The position numbers and the translations under genes were made by a program. The notes under the pieces were generated by a model. It did not search any database and had not been told where the DNA came from. It saw only the letters and a list, made by a program, of their open reading frames with translations. Below, piece by piece: positions 38,093 to 49,447 of a stretch of 64,000 nucleotides of DNA (within the stretch, counting starts at the first letter, position 1; every line of letters starts with the position of its first letter). The stretch is from Haliotis cracherodii (Eukaryota), in contig NW_027266272.1 of the NCBI RefSeq assembly GCF_022045235.1, forward strand, positions 25,544,001-25,608,000, read 5' to 3'.

Positions 38093-39140
38093 CCAGCTGA
38101 TTGTTGCACTACACCCTTAAGGCGACTGTCGTAACTTGTCCCACTGAGTATATTCTGTGTTCAACGAAGCGTGTACCATCAAACGCCATCTCAAATATGG
38201 AAAAACTACTATGTTAATATATTTTCTTAGGCTCTCGTGAAATAATAATATTACTTTTATCAAATCAGAACGCGACAGGGACCTTAAAAGAAAGACGTGT
38301 GTTAAGAAAAAACAACGTAAAAGAGTATTATGTATGAGATACCTGAAACCAAATTGTTAAAAAAGGGAAAAGAAAGAAAATGCCAATCGACTGCTCATTA
38401 GTGGTAACTTAATAGAGGAGAATGTCCGAGTAACTCATTATAATTATGGGCCTGTGAATATCCGGGGTAGAATAGGTCTTCAGCAACCCATGCTTGAGAT
38501 AAGGGCAACTATACTTGGTGTAATGGGGTGACTAACGGGATCGGGTGGTCAGACTCGCTGACTTTGTTGATGCATGTCATCGTATTCCAATTGCGTGGAT
38601 CGATGCTCATGATGTCAATCATTGGATTATCCGGTCCAAACTCGATTATTTGCAGAGCGCCGTCTGATAGCTGGAATATTGCTGAGTGCAGCGTTAAACA
38701 GCAAAGAAACAAACATTATTATCATGGAATGGAGAGTTACGAGGATATTCCCTTATAAAACACATCCCTGATTTCAGACTTTGAGAAAAGATTCCTCTTG
38801 TGGAATATATTAAAATATTAAACCAGAATTTTGGTAGTTTGTGTATTTATACTGTGTGAGTCACCCTTTCGTGCTGCACGAGAAATGTGTTCTCTGACGC
38901 TGTTTCACGTGCGTCAAGCTTCGTCGCAAGCTAACCTTTACCATGCATTTTGCACGGCTCTTTAAAATCACATGGGGCCCTAAACCAGTGTTTTATCAAT
39001 TGCATACCCATTTTGAATGAGTGTAGACGGGTATCATAAGAAATATAGAGCCCAGAACAACAATATCTATATATTTTTCGGATTTTTAGTTTTTCTCGGC
39101 AAAGTTTTTGTTTAATTGTTTCGACATGATTTTCGGTAAA

Positions 39141-40510
39141 TACTCCTCAAAAAAAGAAACGCACATGTAGTATGTAGTTCATTTAACCTGACTACAAAAA
39201 AGATCCGGTATATAAACGCAGCCACTGTCGATTTGCAATGTCTTAAACGGCATCGTTTTCACACTTGTTCAAAAATGTCATGGAGGAAAACAGTAAAGCA
39301 AAATGCATGTGCAAGTTATGGCATTCATAACTCGTGGTAGTGGTGATGAAAAGGCAAGCATAAGCCAATAATTTGTCATTCAATTATCAACATTTTTCAA
39401 GTTCGAAAATGCCGAGACTGAGCGCTGCCGATAAGTCGTATCCAAATAGGGGATCGCAGACTTCTGTTGCACGCCACTTCAAAGTCCACCACAACACCAT
39501 TTGCAGCCTTTGTGACCGATACACACAGTTCAATTCAACTGCACATCGTCCGAGAACCGGTCGACCAAGAGTTACCACCCCTGCACAAGATCGCTACACT
39601 CGACTGTTCCACCCACGTCATCGCATTGTCACAGCTACAGAGACTGCAGGACGCATCCCTGGTGTTAGGAGGATATCGAACCAGACTGTCAGGAACCATC
39701 TTCGCGAGGCTGGAATCCGACCCAGCAGACCAGTTATCGTCCTTGTTTAGCAACATGTCCATCGACAGCGACGCTTGCGTTGGTGCCATACCTTACAGCC
39801 TTGGAATTTGAGTAACTGAAGACGAGTGTGGTTTAGCGATGAATCTCGATTTCCTCTTCACGAAATGAGTGTTTTGCCCCACATTGTGTACGTGAATTCA
39901 ACACATTCGGTGGCGGTAGTGTCATGGTGTGGGGGCCATATCCTACACCACGAGATTTGTGGTTCAGGGGAATTTGACAGCAAATCGCTACATGAATCAA
40001 ATTCTTCAACCTCACCTTCTTCCAATCATTGACCGCCAGAGGGAGCTGTTTCAACAGGACAAAGCTCGGCAGCACACAGCTCGTGTCACGGTAGACTACC
40101 TTCATAATGCCAACATCAACGCCTTGCCCTGGCCTTCGAGATCTTCAGATCTCAACCCAATCGAACACCTCTGGGATGAACTCCCACAACTGTCCAACGC
40201 GTTACAAGCAGAATGGCGCAGAATTCCGCAGGACAGAATTCGTACACTTATCCAGTCAGTGCCGAGGAGATGCAGAACCGTGATTGCTGCCCGGGGCGGT
40301 CACACGAGATACTGAGTTAAGCGCAACCTCGTGGCCTTATGTGACATGACAATGAACAGTTTTCAATACCTTTGTACAACGACAACATGTGACTATCGAG
40401 CACCAACATTTCATATTCGTATCTATGATATTAAATTAAATATATTGACTTTATTAGGTACAATAAATCTACTAAAAATCTACCAGCGCGTTTCTTTTTT
40501 TTGAAGAGTG
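39141..40510 (+). mobile_element. Tc1-family DNA transposon (DD34E); transposase pseudogene ~39409-40315
   Basis: TIRs tactcctcaaaaaaaagaaacgc / gcgtttcttttttttgaagagtg. Motifs MPRLS, RTGRPRVTT, WFSDESRF, FQQDKARQH-(34)-E, SDLNPIEHLW, GGHTRY. Stops and frameshifts present. Confidence 0.92.
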
Positions 40511-40607
40511 TATGTAACGGCAATATTTCCGCCCGTAACCCCTGCTTTGAATTTCGCCTGGGTAAGGACATCCTTACCCGAATCCGAAAACCAACCGAAA
40601 ACCAACC

Positions 40608-40677
40608 CCATCCAGAACCAAAACCCCATCCAGATCCAGATCCAGATCCAGAACTAGAACCAGATCCAGAACCAGAT

Positions 40678-40712
<35 letters not shown>

Positions 40713-40730
40713 TCAAGATCCAAATCAGAT

Positions 40731-40761
<31 letters not shown>

Positions 40762-40957
40762 CAGAACCAGATTCAGATCAGATCCAGATCCAGATCAAGA
40801 TCAAGATCCAGAACCAGGACAGATCCAGAACCAGAACCAGATCCAGATCAAGATCCAGAACCAGGACAGATCCAGAACCAGAACCAGAACCAGATTCAGA
40901 ACCAGAACCAGAACTAGATCCAGATCCAGATCCAGATCCAGAACCAGAACAAGAACC
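40608..40957. repeat. Compound hexanucleotide microsatellite (CCAGAT/CCAGAA/CCAGAG)n
   Basis: Direct reading. Confidence 0.95.
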
Positions 40958-41249
40958 ATACATATGTTTTAATACTTCAAGTCAGGGCTTATGATTTAAA
41001 ACAAATTCGAAGCACGTGTTACAGACGGAAGTATTTGCTATATAAAATGTTGTATCATTGACAAAAATGTGTCGATTCCCGAAAATTTATGTATAGTTTA
41101 AACAATAGAATGACGTCACACATGTGTTTGAAAAGTCGTTCGTTGGCATAGCGGACAAATAGAGAGAAACTTTCGATATGTATTAATGTGCAATGTTTCT
41201 CACGGATACTGATGATATGAGGATCTATTCTTAATTTTAAGATCTGGAT

Positions 41250-41437
41250 CAGACTAACAGCCTGACAGTCTCTGAAATGAACATATCTTACAGCAAAAAA
41301 TCCCTGTTGTTAAATCATCTTAATTAATATATATCAAAAGAAACCCAGAGACTCTCTTCATTTTCAGACACAACAGTAATCTAGAATTGCATTGTCTGTA
41401 TCGGATATATTTGTACCAGGGTCTGTATGACAGACTA
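41250..41437. mobile_element. Same MITE, inverted copy
   Basis: Perfect 9-bp TSD gatctggat at 41241-49 and 41438-46. Confidence 0.8.
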
Positions 41438-43259
41438 GATCTGGATAGATACCAATATCTACCAGTAAGGAACAGTTTTACCAAAGCTACAATTTCCTTA
41501 TTCAGTAAGATCCTTTTTAACATTTTCTTTTTTCCTTCATGCGTGAAGAAGTAGTGAGTGAGTGAGTGAGTGAGTTGGGTTTAACGCCGCTTTTATCAGT
41601 ATTCCAGTTATATCACGGCGTGTCAGCTTAATGTGGGAGGAAAGTCCCAAGTGATGCAGGTCTTAGACGTTTACCACTTCGGTGAAACCCACAGTGGTTT
41701 CTGGCGTGCCCAAGGGACGCAACTCTGCACAGCGAATCGCGGCGCCTTAGACGACCGGCCCCCCCCTTAGACCCCCTCCCCGTGAAGAAGTAATGCAAGG
41801 GATGCTCGCCCTTTTCGAGGGCGCCTGGTGTCATCACTGGTTTTCGGAACCCTTGAAAATCCGGATTAGAATAGGTCTTCTGCAGCCCATGCTTGTCTTA
41901 AAAGGCGCTTACGCCTGTCGTAAGTGGAGACTAACGGGATCGGGTGGTCAGGCCCTTTGACTTTGTTGATGCATGTCATCGTATTCCAATTGCGATGATA
42001 GATCCTTGTTTTAGCGCCGTAATACCGTTTAGCGCCGCCAGTGTAACAACAAGAAACATCTTTTAACGTCTTTTGGTATGACGCGGCCATGGATCGAACC
42101 CCGACCTTCCACTCTCCTGGCAGGCGCTCCACCACTTGACCACATTGGCGGTCAAAAGCGTATAAACTAAGGATAGTATGAATATTTGATTAATATGGTC
42201 TGGTATGCGTGGAAGCTGTGATCTCACTCCTTGTCAACGATTCTTTCAGCCGGAACTTTGTTAATCCTGAAGATTTCCCAGGAAACGGTGCCGTCCAGAT
42301 TAACAAGGTGCCGCTGTGTGCCAAAAGGTCAAGACTCGCCAAAGAGAAACTCAAGCATACATATTTCATCTGCAGCTTTTGTTACAGACTTTAGTAACAT
42401 CTTAGGGGCGGTGCGGTAGCCTAGTGGTTTAAGCGTTCGCTCGTCACGCCGAAGACCCAGGTTCGATTCCCGACATGGGTACAATGTGTGAAGCCCATCT
42501 CTGGTGTCCCCCGACGTGATATTGCTGAAGTATTGCTAAAAGTGGCGTAAAACCATACTCACTCACTCACTCACTCACAAGCAACATCTTATAACGATCA
42601 TCAGTGCCCATTCAACCGTGGTCAATGGCTTCCGTCCTGTTTTAGTTAAATGGTACAGAAGACTTTAGAATATATTTGATTACATATTATTCTTGGAATG
42701 GAACATCGTTCGCATTGTGCACCAATTATGGGAGTGCGTGAGTATGGTTTTACGCCGCTTTTAGCAATATTCCAGCAATATACGTCGGGGGACTGCAGAA
42801 ATGAGCTTCACACATTGTACCCATGTCAGGAATCAAACCCGGGTCTTCGGCGTGACGAACGAACGCATTAACCGCTAGGCTACCCGACTGCCCCGCACCA
42901 AATATGGACATATATACCACGTGACTGAAGGATGAGAACCAACATATATAAAGAGAGATGCGTTTATTAAGAAAACAGTTGCGTACACACAATGATTATG
43001 AGATTATGAACAGCATTGCCGTTATATGATGGCGTGTCCGCTTGACATGGGAGGAAAGTACAATGGGATGCAGGTCCTACATTTATATCACTTTGCTCAA
43101 GCCCGTGAACACAAGTATAATAATGAGGGTGAATCTGGGATTCGAACTCAAGAGCACCGGATTCTGGGACGACTAAGTTAGGCAACTCTGCATAGCGAAT
43201 TACGGAGCCTTATACGGCTGGACCACCCGTTCCTAACATGTAATGGCATTTAAGCATTT

Positions 43260-43380
43260 GAGCAATCGTAATGATAAATAAATTAATATGCTAAATGAAT
43301 GCTCAATAAATATCTTAATGACTAAAATTCTATTGACAAGCCTACATAAGTCCAGTCTAGAAGGAGAGTCGCATGTTTTG
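43260..43380 (-). pseudogene. Orphan 3' end (last 7 codons QNMRLSF*, plus 3'UTR) of a paralogue-2/3-type gene, downstream of paralogue 6
   Basis: 43357-43380 ctagaaggagagtcgcatgttttg is identical to the stop region of paralogues 2 and 3. It is followed on the minus strand by a diverged copy of the 3'UTR. Confidence 0.75.
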
Positions 43381-43495
43381 AGTCGCAAGAATTCGTAGTG
43401 AGTGATAGATTCATTGACAATAAATTAATATGGTACATGAATGATAAATATTGAAAGTTATTGAAAGTCTATTGACTAGTCTACATAAGTCTAGT

Positions 43496-44410
43496 CTAGA
43501 ATGCGAGTCGCATGTTTGGGGAGCCAGCGTTGTTTGAGGGGAGTCCACCTTGACCAAATCCTCCGTTCAGTCCTGAAGGGAGTCCCTGGTTCATTCCCTG
43601 AGACTGTCCGCCGCCCATTCCTTGGTTGAATCCACCTCCCAAACCGTTGTTGCTACCTGGGTTCTGCATGCCGAGAAGTCCCTGGCCGAAGAGCTGGTTC
43701 TGGGCTGTGAAAGAGGTGGTAGCAGGCTGACTGTCGAAGCCGATCTTGCAGCACAGAGGGATGACGTCCATGCAGGTGGAGCCAGAGATCTGGTGAGAGG
43801 GACACAGAGCCAGTCCACGGCCGGTCAGCTCCTCGAAGGACAGGTTCTCCACGGTCTCAGAGGAGGTGGCGGTCTGTCCTTGGTAGATGGTGACGGGGGT
43901 GCCCACGATGCCGCGGGGAGTACGGGACTGGCTCCACCAGGTACGGTCGGTCAGGATGTCGCCGAGAGCACGACTGGAACACACTTCTTCAGTGCGGGAG
44001 AATTCAGTGACGACCAACTGGAACTGACCTTGGAGAGTTGAAGCAGGGTTGGAGGCGATGACAGCTGAGAGACGTAGGCTACGGGCTCCACCGAATCGGT
44101 TAAACATGAGGTTGTTGAAGTTGTTGTTGTTGTTGCCAAGGCTGAAGGTGACCCTCATGTCATCGCCGTTGGAGTTCTTGGCGATACAGGTCTGGTACAG
44201 GGTGTTGTCTTGTACACTGGGTCTCAACGGTTGGAAGAGATTGTTCCCCCACCCTCCAGCTTGACCTTGACCCATGCCACCTAATCCTCCAAGTTGACCC
44301 ATACCCTGACCTTGACCCTGACCTTGACCCATGCCCCACCACTGAGCACACACCTGGTGAGAGGCGAGCCCCAACACCACACACACAGCGACGACGAGTT
44401 GATGGACCAT
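43496..44410 (-). CDS. Paralogue 6 (304 aa, ends GSPNMRLAF)
   Basis: Intact ORF from ACCATGG at 44410. Candidate minus-strand AATAAA at 42963-42968. Confidence 0.93.
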   Translation of the reverse strand: MVHQLVVAVCVVLGLASHQVCAQWWGMGQGQGQGQGMGQLGGLGGMGQGQAGGWGNNLFQPLRPSVQDNTLYQTCIAKNSNGDDMRVTFSLGNNNNNFNNLMFNRFGGARSLRLSAVIASNPASTLQGQFQLVVTEFSRTEEVCSSRALGDILTDRTWWSQSRTPRGIVGTPVTIYQGQTATSSETVENLSFEELTGRGLALCPSHQISGSTCMDVIPLCCKIGFDSQPATTSFTAQNQLFGQGLLGMQNPGSNNGLGGGFNQGMGGGQSQGMNQGLPSGLNGGFGQGGLPSNNAGSPNMRLAF

Positions 44411-44466
44411 GGTTATTCTGGACTGACTGAGCGAGTGAGAATGGCTGACCACTGATCGGACTCGGG

Positions 44467-44556
44467 TTATATCTACGGCTGTCGAGGTGCGGGGTCATAA
44501 ATCTGTCCTAGGTGTGGGCCTTCCTCCTGCAACAGCGTGACATCAGAACCTAATTA
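44467..44556 (-). promoter_or_regulatory. Promoter cassette of paralogue 6 (CRE mutated to TGACATCA)
   Basis: ATATAG/ATATAA region at 44467-72, TGACATCA at 44538-45, TAATTA at 44551-56. Confidence 0.65.
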
Positions 44557-45149
44557 CCAGCTGATTGCCATTGTGAAGCCTTTAGGCTGTATTGTATCTC
44601 TTGAAGCTTAACTTTCACTGCATCAAGACTGGCAAACTCACTTATTCCTCTTGAGAAATTTTTAGAAAACATACGAGGAATATCGGATTATCTGTCCTGA
44701 GTTAATACATTTTGTAATTTCCGAGTTCTTACGAGGAAGTTTTTACTTTAATTCAAGTGGTTCAGAAATCCGTAAATCGTTGCTGCGAGTAGGTGAGTGA
44801 GTGAGGTTTTACGCCGCTTTTAGCAATATTCTAGCAATATCACGGCGGGGCTTACCACAAGTAGGCTTCACACATTGTACCCATTTTGGGAATCGTACCC
44901 GGGTCTTCGGCGTGACGAGCGAACGCTTTAACCACTAGGCTACCCGACCGCCCCTGTTGCCTGTTGGTTATTCTTTATGTTACCTATAGACTATTTATCA
45001 AATGTAGACAAAAGTGGCTTTCCTTAGCCCAAGTGGAATCATCAGCTGAATCCGTGATGTAATGAACAATGCATGACGTCACATGCAATGGCGTCACCTT
45101 GCTACAATACATTCATATGACGTCATTTTGTTATTGTCCTCTTCGCAAA

Positions 45150-47130
45150 CAACAAGAACAGTCGATATTAAGGACTTTTTACACAGAATTAATGCTCCAA
45201 TCTCAAATCCTCAACAATATAAACATCTAGAACGGACAATATGTGTGAAAGAATTATCCAAGGCAATAAAAGACATTAGAAAAGAATGTCTGACATCATT
45301 GTCATTCCAGGTTAATCTTTGGGGAGATTTTTGAAAAGATTGTTGGACATGGGTTCACAAATACATGACTAAATCCTTCAATAACAACAACTTACATATT
45401 ACAATGGAGGTGAGTGAGTGAATATGGTTTTACGCCGTTTTTAGCAATACTCCAGCAATATCCCGTCGGGGGACACCAGAAATGTGCTGCAGACATTGTA
45501 CCTATGTGGGTAATAGAAACCGGGTCTTTGGCGTGACGATCGAACGCTTTAACCACTTGACTAACCCACCGCCCAATATATCTATTACATTTAACAGGGA
45601 TGTGATCACTAGTATTAAAAAGGCAGACACAGATCAATATTGCAAACTTGGCGACTCAATACTCTCAGTATAAGATCGTCAGTGCTTGTTTTACTAGAAG
45701 ACTTAAAATTGTTTTACGCCGTCATATAACTGGAATATTGGTGAGTGCGGCGTTAAACAACAAACAAACATACAAAACAAAACAGGTTTCATGATCCAGG
45801 ATTTATTATTGACTTGATACTGCAATGTTGATGAAATATTTCTGACAGCAGCATTAAACATACTCATATATTTACAGGCTGCAACAGGGGTTATCTAGAG
45901 CGGTTCAGAGGTTCTTATTCAGTCTGCAGCAAATGTCCATCAAAATTCTCAAATTGGAATTTCCCAATTCCTGTTGATATAGTTATGTCTAATATTATGA
46001 CTTTGTAGAGGTTACGATCTCACTAAAATCAGATCTTAGTTCTCGCTACCGCCGAACAAAGATCTGAGGACATCCCATTACGGGTCACGTCAGAACGACC
46101 TTGCGCGAACTTTGACCGACCAATTGAATGACCAATCAGAAGGCAGCTTTCTCGTGCTTTACGGCACTAATTTCAAATTGGCGACTTCACTTTGAAACAT
46201 ATTTTGACAAATTCCGATTAAAAATTTGAAACCTGAACCAAAAACATTCTGGAATGGCTAATAGATGGTCTAGATTGTAAGGAATCAGTCGTTAAACCCA
46301 TAACTATCGTTCGGTATACCCCATGTTAAAGTTTTCGAGGTTGTATGATTAGAAATCACATTCCGACTGTCACTTTCATAATGTGGTAAGCGACGCACTG
46401 ATTGGTTGGATAAAAGGTCAGTCTGACGTGACCCCTAATGGGATGTCTTCAGATCTTTGTTTAGCGGTAGCGAGAAGTAAGGTCTGATTTTAATGAGATT
46501 GTAGAGGTTACCGTATTTCACTGATAACAGGCCCAATAAAGAAGAGGGGGTTTTAATATATAGTTTTACATTAGCACACTGAATGCAATGTTTAAATACC
46601 TCAGAATTTTAGAAAATAAAGGTTGATCAAATTAAGATTGTTTTAGATATTTTAGTTTATGGTAGATATTCCAGGTAGATGTATTAGTGATGCCATTTGA
46701 AATGTATGTGATTTTACCTTTTAGACAAAAGAGAACGATAAGCCGGGTATGTCATTACTTATAGACTTTGAAAGGGCGTTCGACTTAATCTAAAAAGATA
46801 CAGATAAAAGTTCTCGAAGGGTTAGGATTGGATATTATATACAATTCAAATATTGGTCACATTGATATTGCATCCCAAATGCGTAGGCCGATGCTCATGA
46901 TGTCAATCAGTGGATTGTCCTATCCAGATTCGATTATTTACAGATCGTCGTCATATAGCTGGAATAAGGTTGAGTGCGGTGTTAAACAACAAACGAACAA
47001 ACAAACGTATAATGATTGACAACGCAACTTCTTGTATTACACAAAACAGCCACTTCCCATCTTTTTGGTGAACTGATGGGGTCGCCAGCAGGTGGTCCAG
47101 TTTCGCCTTATGTATTATTCATTTATTTTG
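45150..47130 (+). mobile_element. Highly decayed L1/Tx1-like RT remnant interrupted by SINEs and a MITE
   Basis: LERTICVKELSKAIK at ~45230, KPGMSLLIDFERAFD-like at ~46740-46785, GRQ..PVSPY-like at ~47080-47112. Confidence 0.4.
46015..46501. mobile_element. Long-TIR MITE with 9-bp TSD (Mutator-like or Academ-like)
   Basis: ~80-bp TIRs (caatctcattaaaatcagatcttagttctcgctacc...) and TSD tagaggtta. Truncated copy at 33176-33305; 63-bp mini copy at 55189-55251. Confidence 0.85.
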
Positions 47131-47131
47131 G

Positions 47132-47855
47132 TAGAGGTAGATAACACTGACGATCAGAGGTAGATGATACTGACGACGTAGGAGTACATAACACTGATGA
47201 TGTAGAGGTAGATAACACTGACGATGTAGGAGTAGATAACTAGGACGATGCATTGGTAGATAGCACTGACGATGTAGGAGTAGATAACACTGACGATGGA
47301 GTGGTAGATAACACTGACGATGTAGGAGTAGATAACTAGGACGATGCAGTGGTAGATAACACTGACGATGCATAGGAAGATAACACTGACGATGTAGGAG
47401 TAGATAACACTGACGATGTAGGAGTAGATAACACTGACGATGTAGGTGTAGATAACACTGACGATGGAGTGATAGATAACACTGACGATGTAGGTGTAGA
47501 TAACACTGACGATGCATAGGAAGATAACACTGACGATGTAGGAGTAGATAACACCGGCGATAATGTGGTAGATGACACTGACGATGCGGTGGTAAATGAC
47601 ACTGACGATGAAGTGGTAGATGACACTGAAGATGAAGTGGTAGATGACACTGAAGATGAAGTGGTAGATGACACTGACGATGAAGTGGTAGGTGACACTG
47701 GCGATGAAGTGGTAGATAACACTGACGATGAAGTGGTAGGTGACACTGAGGATGCAGTGGTACATGACACTGACGATGCAGTGGTAGATGACACTGACGA
47801 TGCAGTGGTAGATAACACTGACGATGAATTGGTAGATGACACCGATGATGCAGGG
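47132..47855. repeat. 24-bp minisatellite (~30 units)
   Basis: Unit gtagataacactgacgatgtagga, drifting to gtagatgacactgacgatgaagtg. Confidence 0.95.
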
Positions 47856-47968
47856 GTAAAGTAAAGGAGTTTCTATGAAGTCATTCAATCCTGCTTCTTT
47901 ATTAGTATTGCTCACTCTTCCCTATAGATGACAGGTTATTATCATCGTGAGAGGTTCTCTACAAAATC

Positions 47969-48130
47969 GAGGCGGTCGGGTAGCCTAGTGGTTAAAGCGT
48001 TCGCTCGTCACACCGAAGACCCGGGTTCGATTCTTGACATGGGTACAATGTGTGAAGCCCATTTCTGGTGTCCCCCGCCGTGATATTGCTGGAATATTGC
48101 TAAAAGCGGCGTAAAACCATACTCACTCCA
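47969..48130 (+). mobile_element. Short tRNA(Asp)-like SINE with (ACTC)n tail (representative copy)
   Basis: tagcctagtggttaaagcgttcgctcgtcac...gggttcgattc, TSD ctctacaaaatc. Other copies: 17398-17560(-, TSD atgttggtctgt), 22152-22262, 42405-42578, 42731-42895(-), 44790-44954(-), 45408-45574(-), 48480-48612(-), 51722-51840(-), 55322-55485, 55985-56092(-), 57020-57150(-). Confidence 0.9.
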
Positions 48131-49447
48131 CTCTACAAAATCAGTTCTTTATGCAAGTGCAATTAAATGTCATAATGATAACGAAATTAAATCAATGATG
48201 TACATTGATTACGATAATGAACATGACATTATCCGCATGGGGAAACATTACACTTCAAAAGGTTGACGTCTGGGGGAGGGGGGGGGTGGGGGGATGGTCC
48301 AGGTCCAATGTGGATCGGGTGGTTACAGTCTGCCCCCGAGTGGAATGTTTATCATTATACTTAGATGACGTATGTCATTGTTCTTGCTACCTGTCATTGG
48401 TCCTCCTCACTCGAAATTTCAGGCCGCCGTGACATAGCTGGAATATTCTGTCTGTGGCGTAAAACAACATGAGTAATGAGTAACTGAGTCAGTATTGTTT
48501 TACGCCGCTTTTAGCAATATTCCACCAGAAATGGGTTTCATACATTGTACTCATGTGGGAAAAAGGAACCCCGGGCTTTGGCTTGAACGAACGCTTTAAC
48601 CACTAGGATATCCTACTCAATTCTGAAAGAGAGTTGTTTTGGACGTGAAATAGACCATGCCAAAGCATACAGCATACTATTTATCCTAACCAGTAACTAA
48701 TATAATATACCAATAACGTCGTACTAGACAAACGGTATCGTATAAGGAAAAAATAATAAAAAGAACAATTATTTCAAATGTTCTTTACAACCGATACCAC
48801 CATAGTACAGCGACATTATTAAAAATATTTCCCAGTTGCAGATTATGTGTATCAGTGAGCATTAAAAAGAGGTATGTTCGTTGATAAATTTAAACGGTGT
48901 TCTATAACCGAGTTTACGCTTAGTATTCTCATCTGGGAGTCTAAGAATATACGTTTCTACTAATCACACACATTTTGACACTTTCAAACAATAAATGGAA
49001 ACTGACAATATGTCAGTTGATAATAAATGTCGACAATAAAAGTAGGTCAAGTTACATCACAGTCCACTTGTTTTCTTTTTAAGCAGAGTAGTGAATAAAT
49101 CCAATAAGCGAATCCCCTCCCCGAAAACCCAATGTTGTTCTCTTATATCAGGTTTTGGCTTCCTTTCTTTTGCGAATTCTAGTAATATATTTTCAACCTC
49201 AACAGACAGTTGAAAAATCTCCAATTCGGACGCCACCTAACATCACACCCTATTACGATAAGGAAAATGTTTATGGTCCTTGTTTCGTTTGTTACCACGG
49301 ACGCTCCTTGAACTGGGAAGAAGAACGACGACCCCCCGGGCGATAGGCTGCTGGGGGACTTTCCCACACCTCCATCTGGACAGACATATAACCCGAGACC
49401 CACCGGTGTCCGGTCACAAGCACTTGGTCAGTCAGTCTTGAGTCACC

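Noticed and set aside
40501-40963. PEPEPD/QSQSQ/RSRS ORF
   Set aside because: Hexanucleotide microsatellite directly after a Tc1 TIR.
47119-47915. Asp-rich (VVDDTDDE) and Ser/Thr-rich ORFs resembling acidic shell proteins or mucins
   Set aside because: 24-bp minisatellite open in many frames, with no signal peptide or splice evidence.
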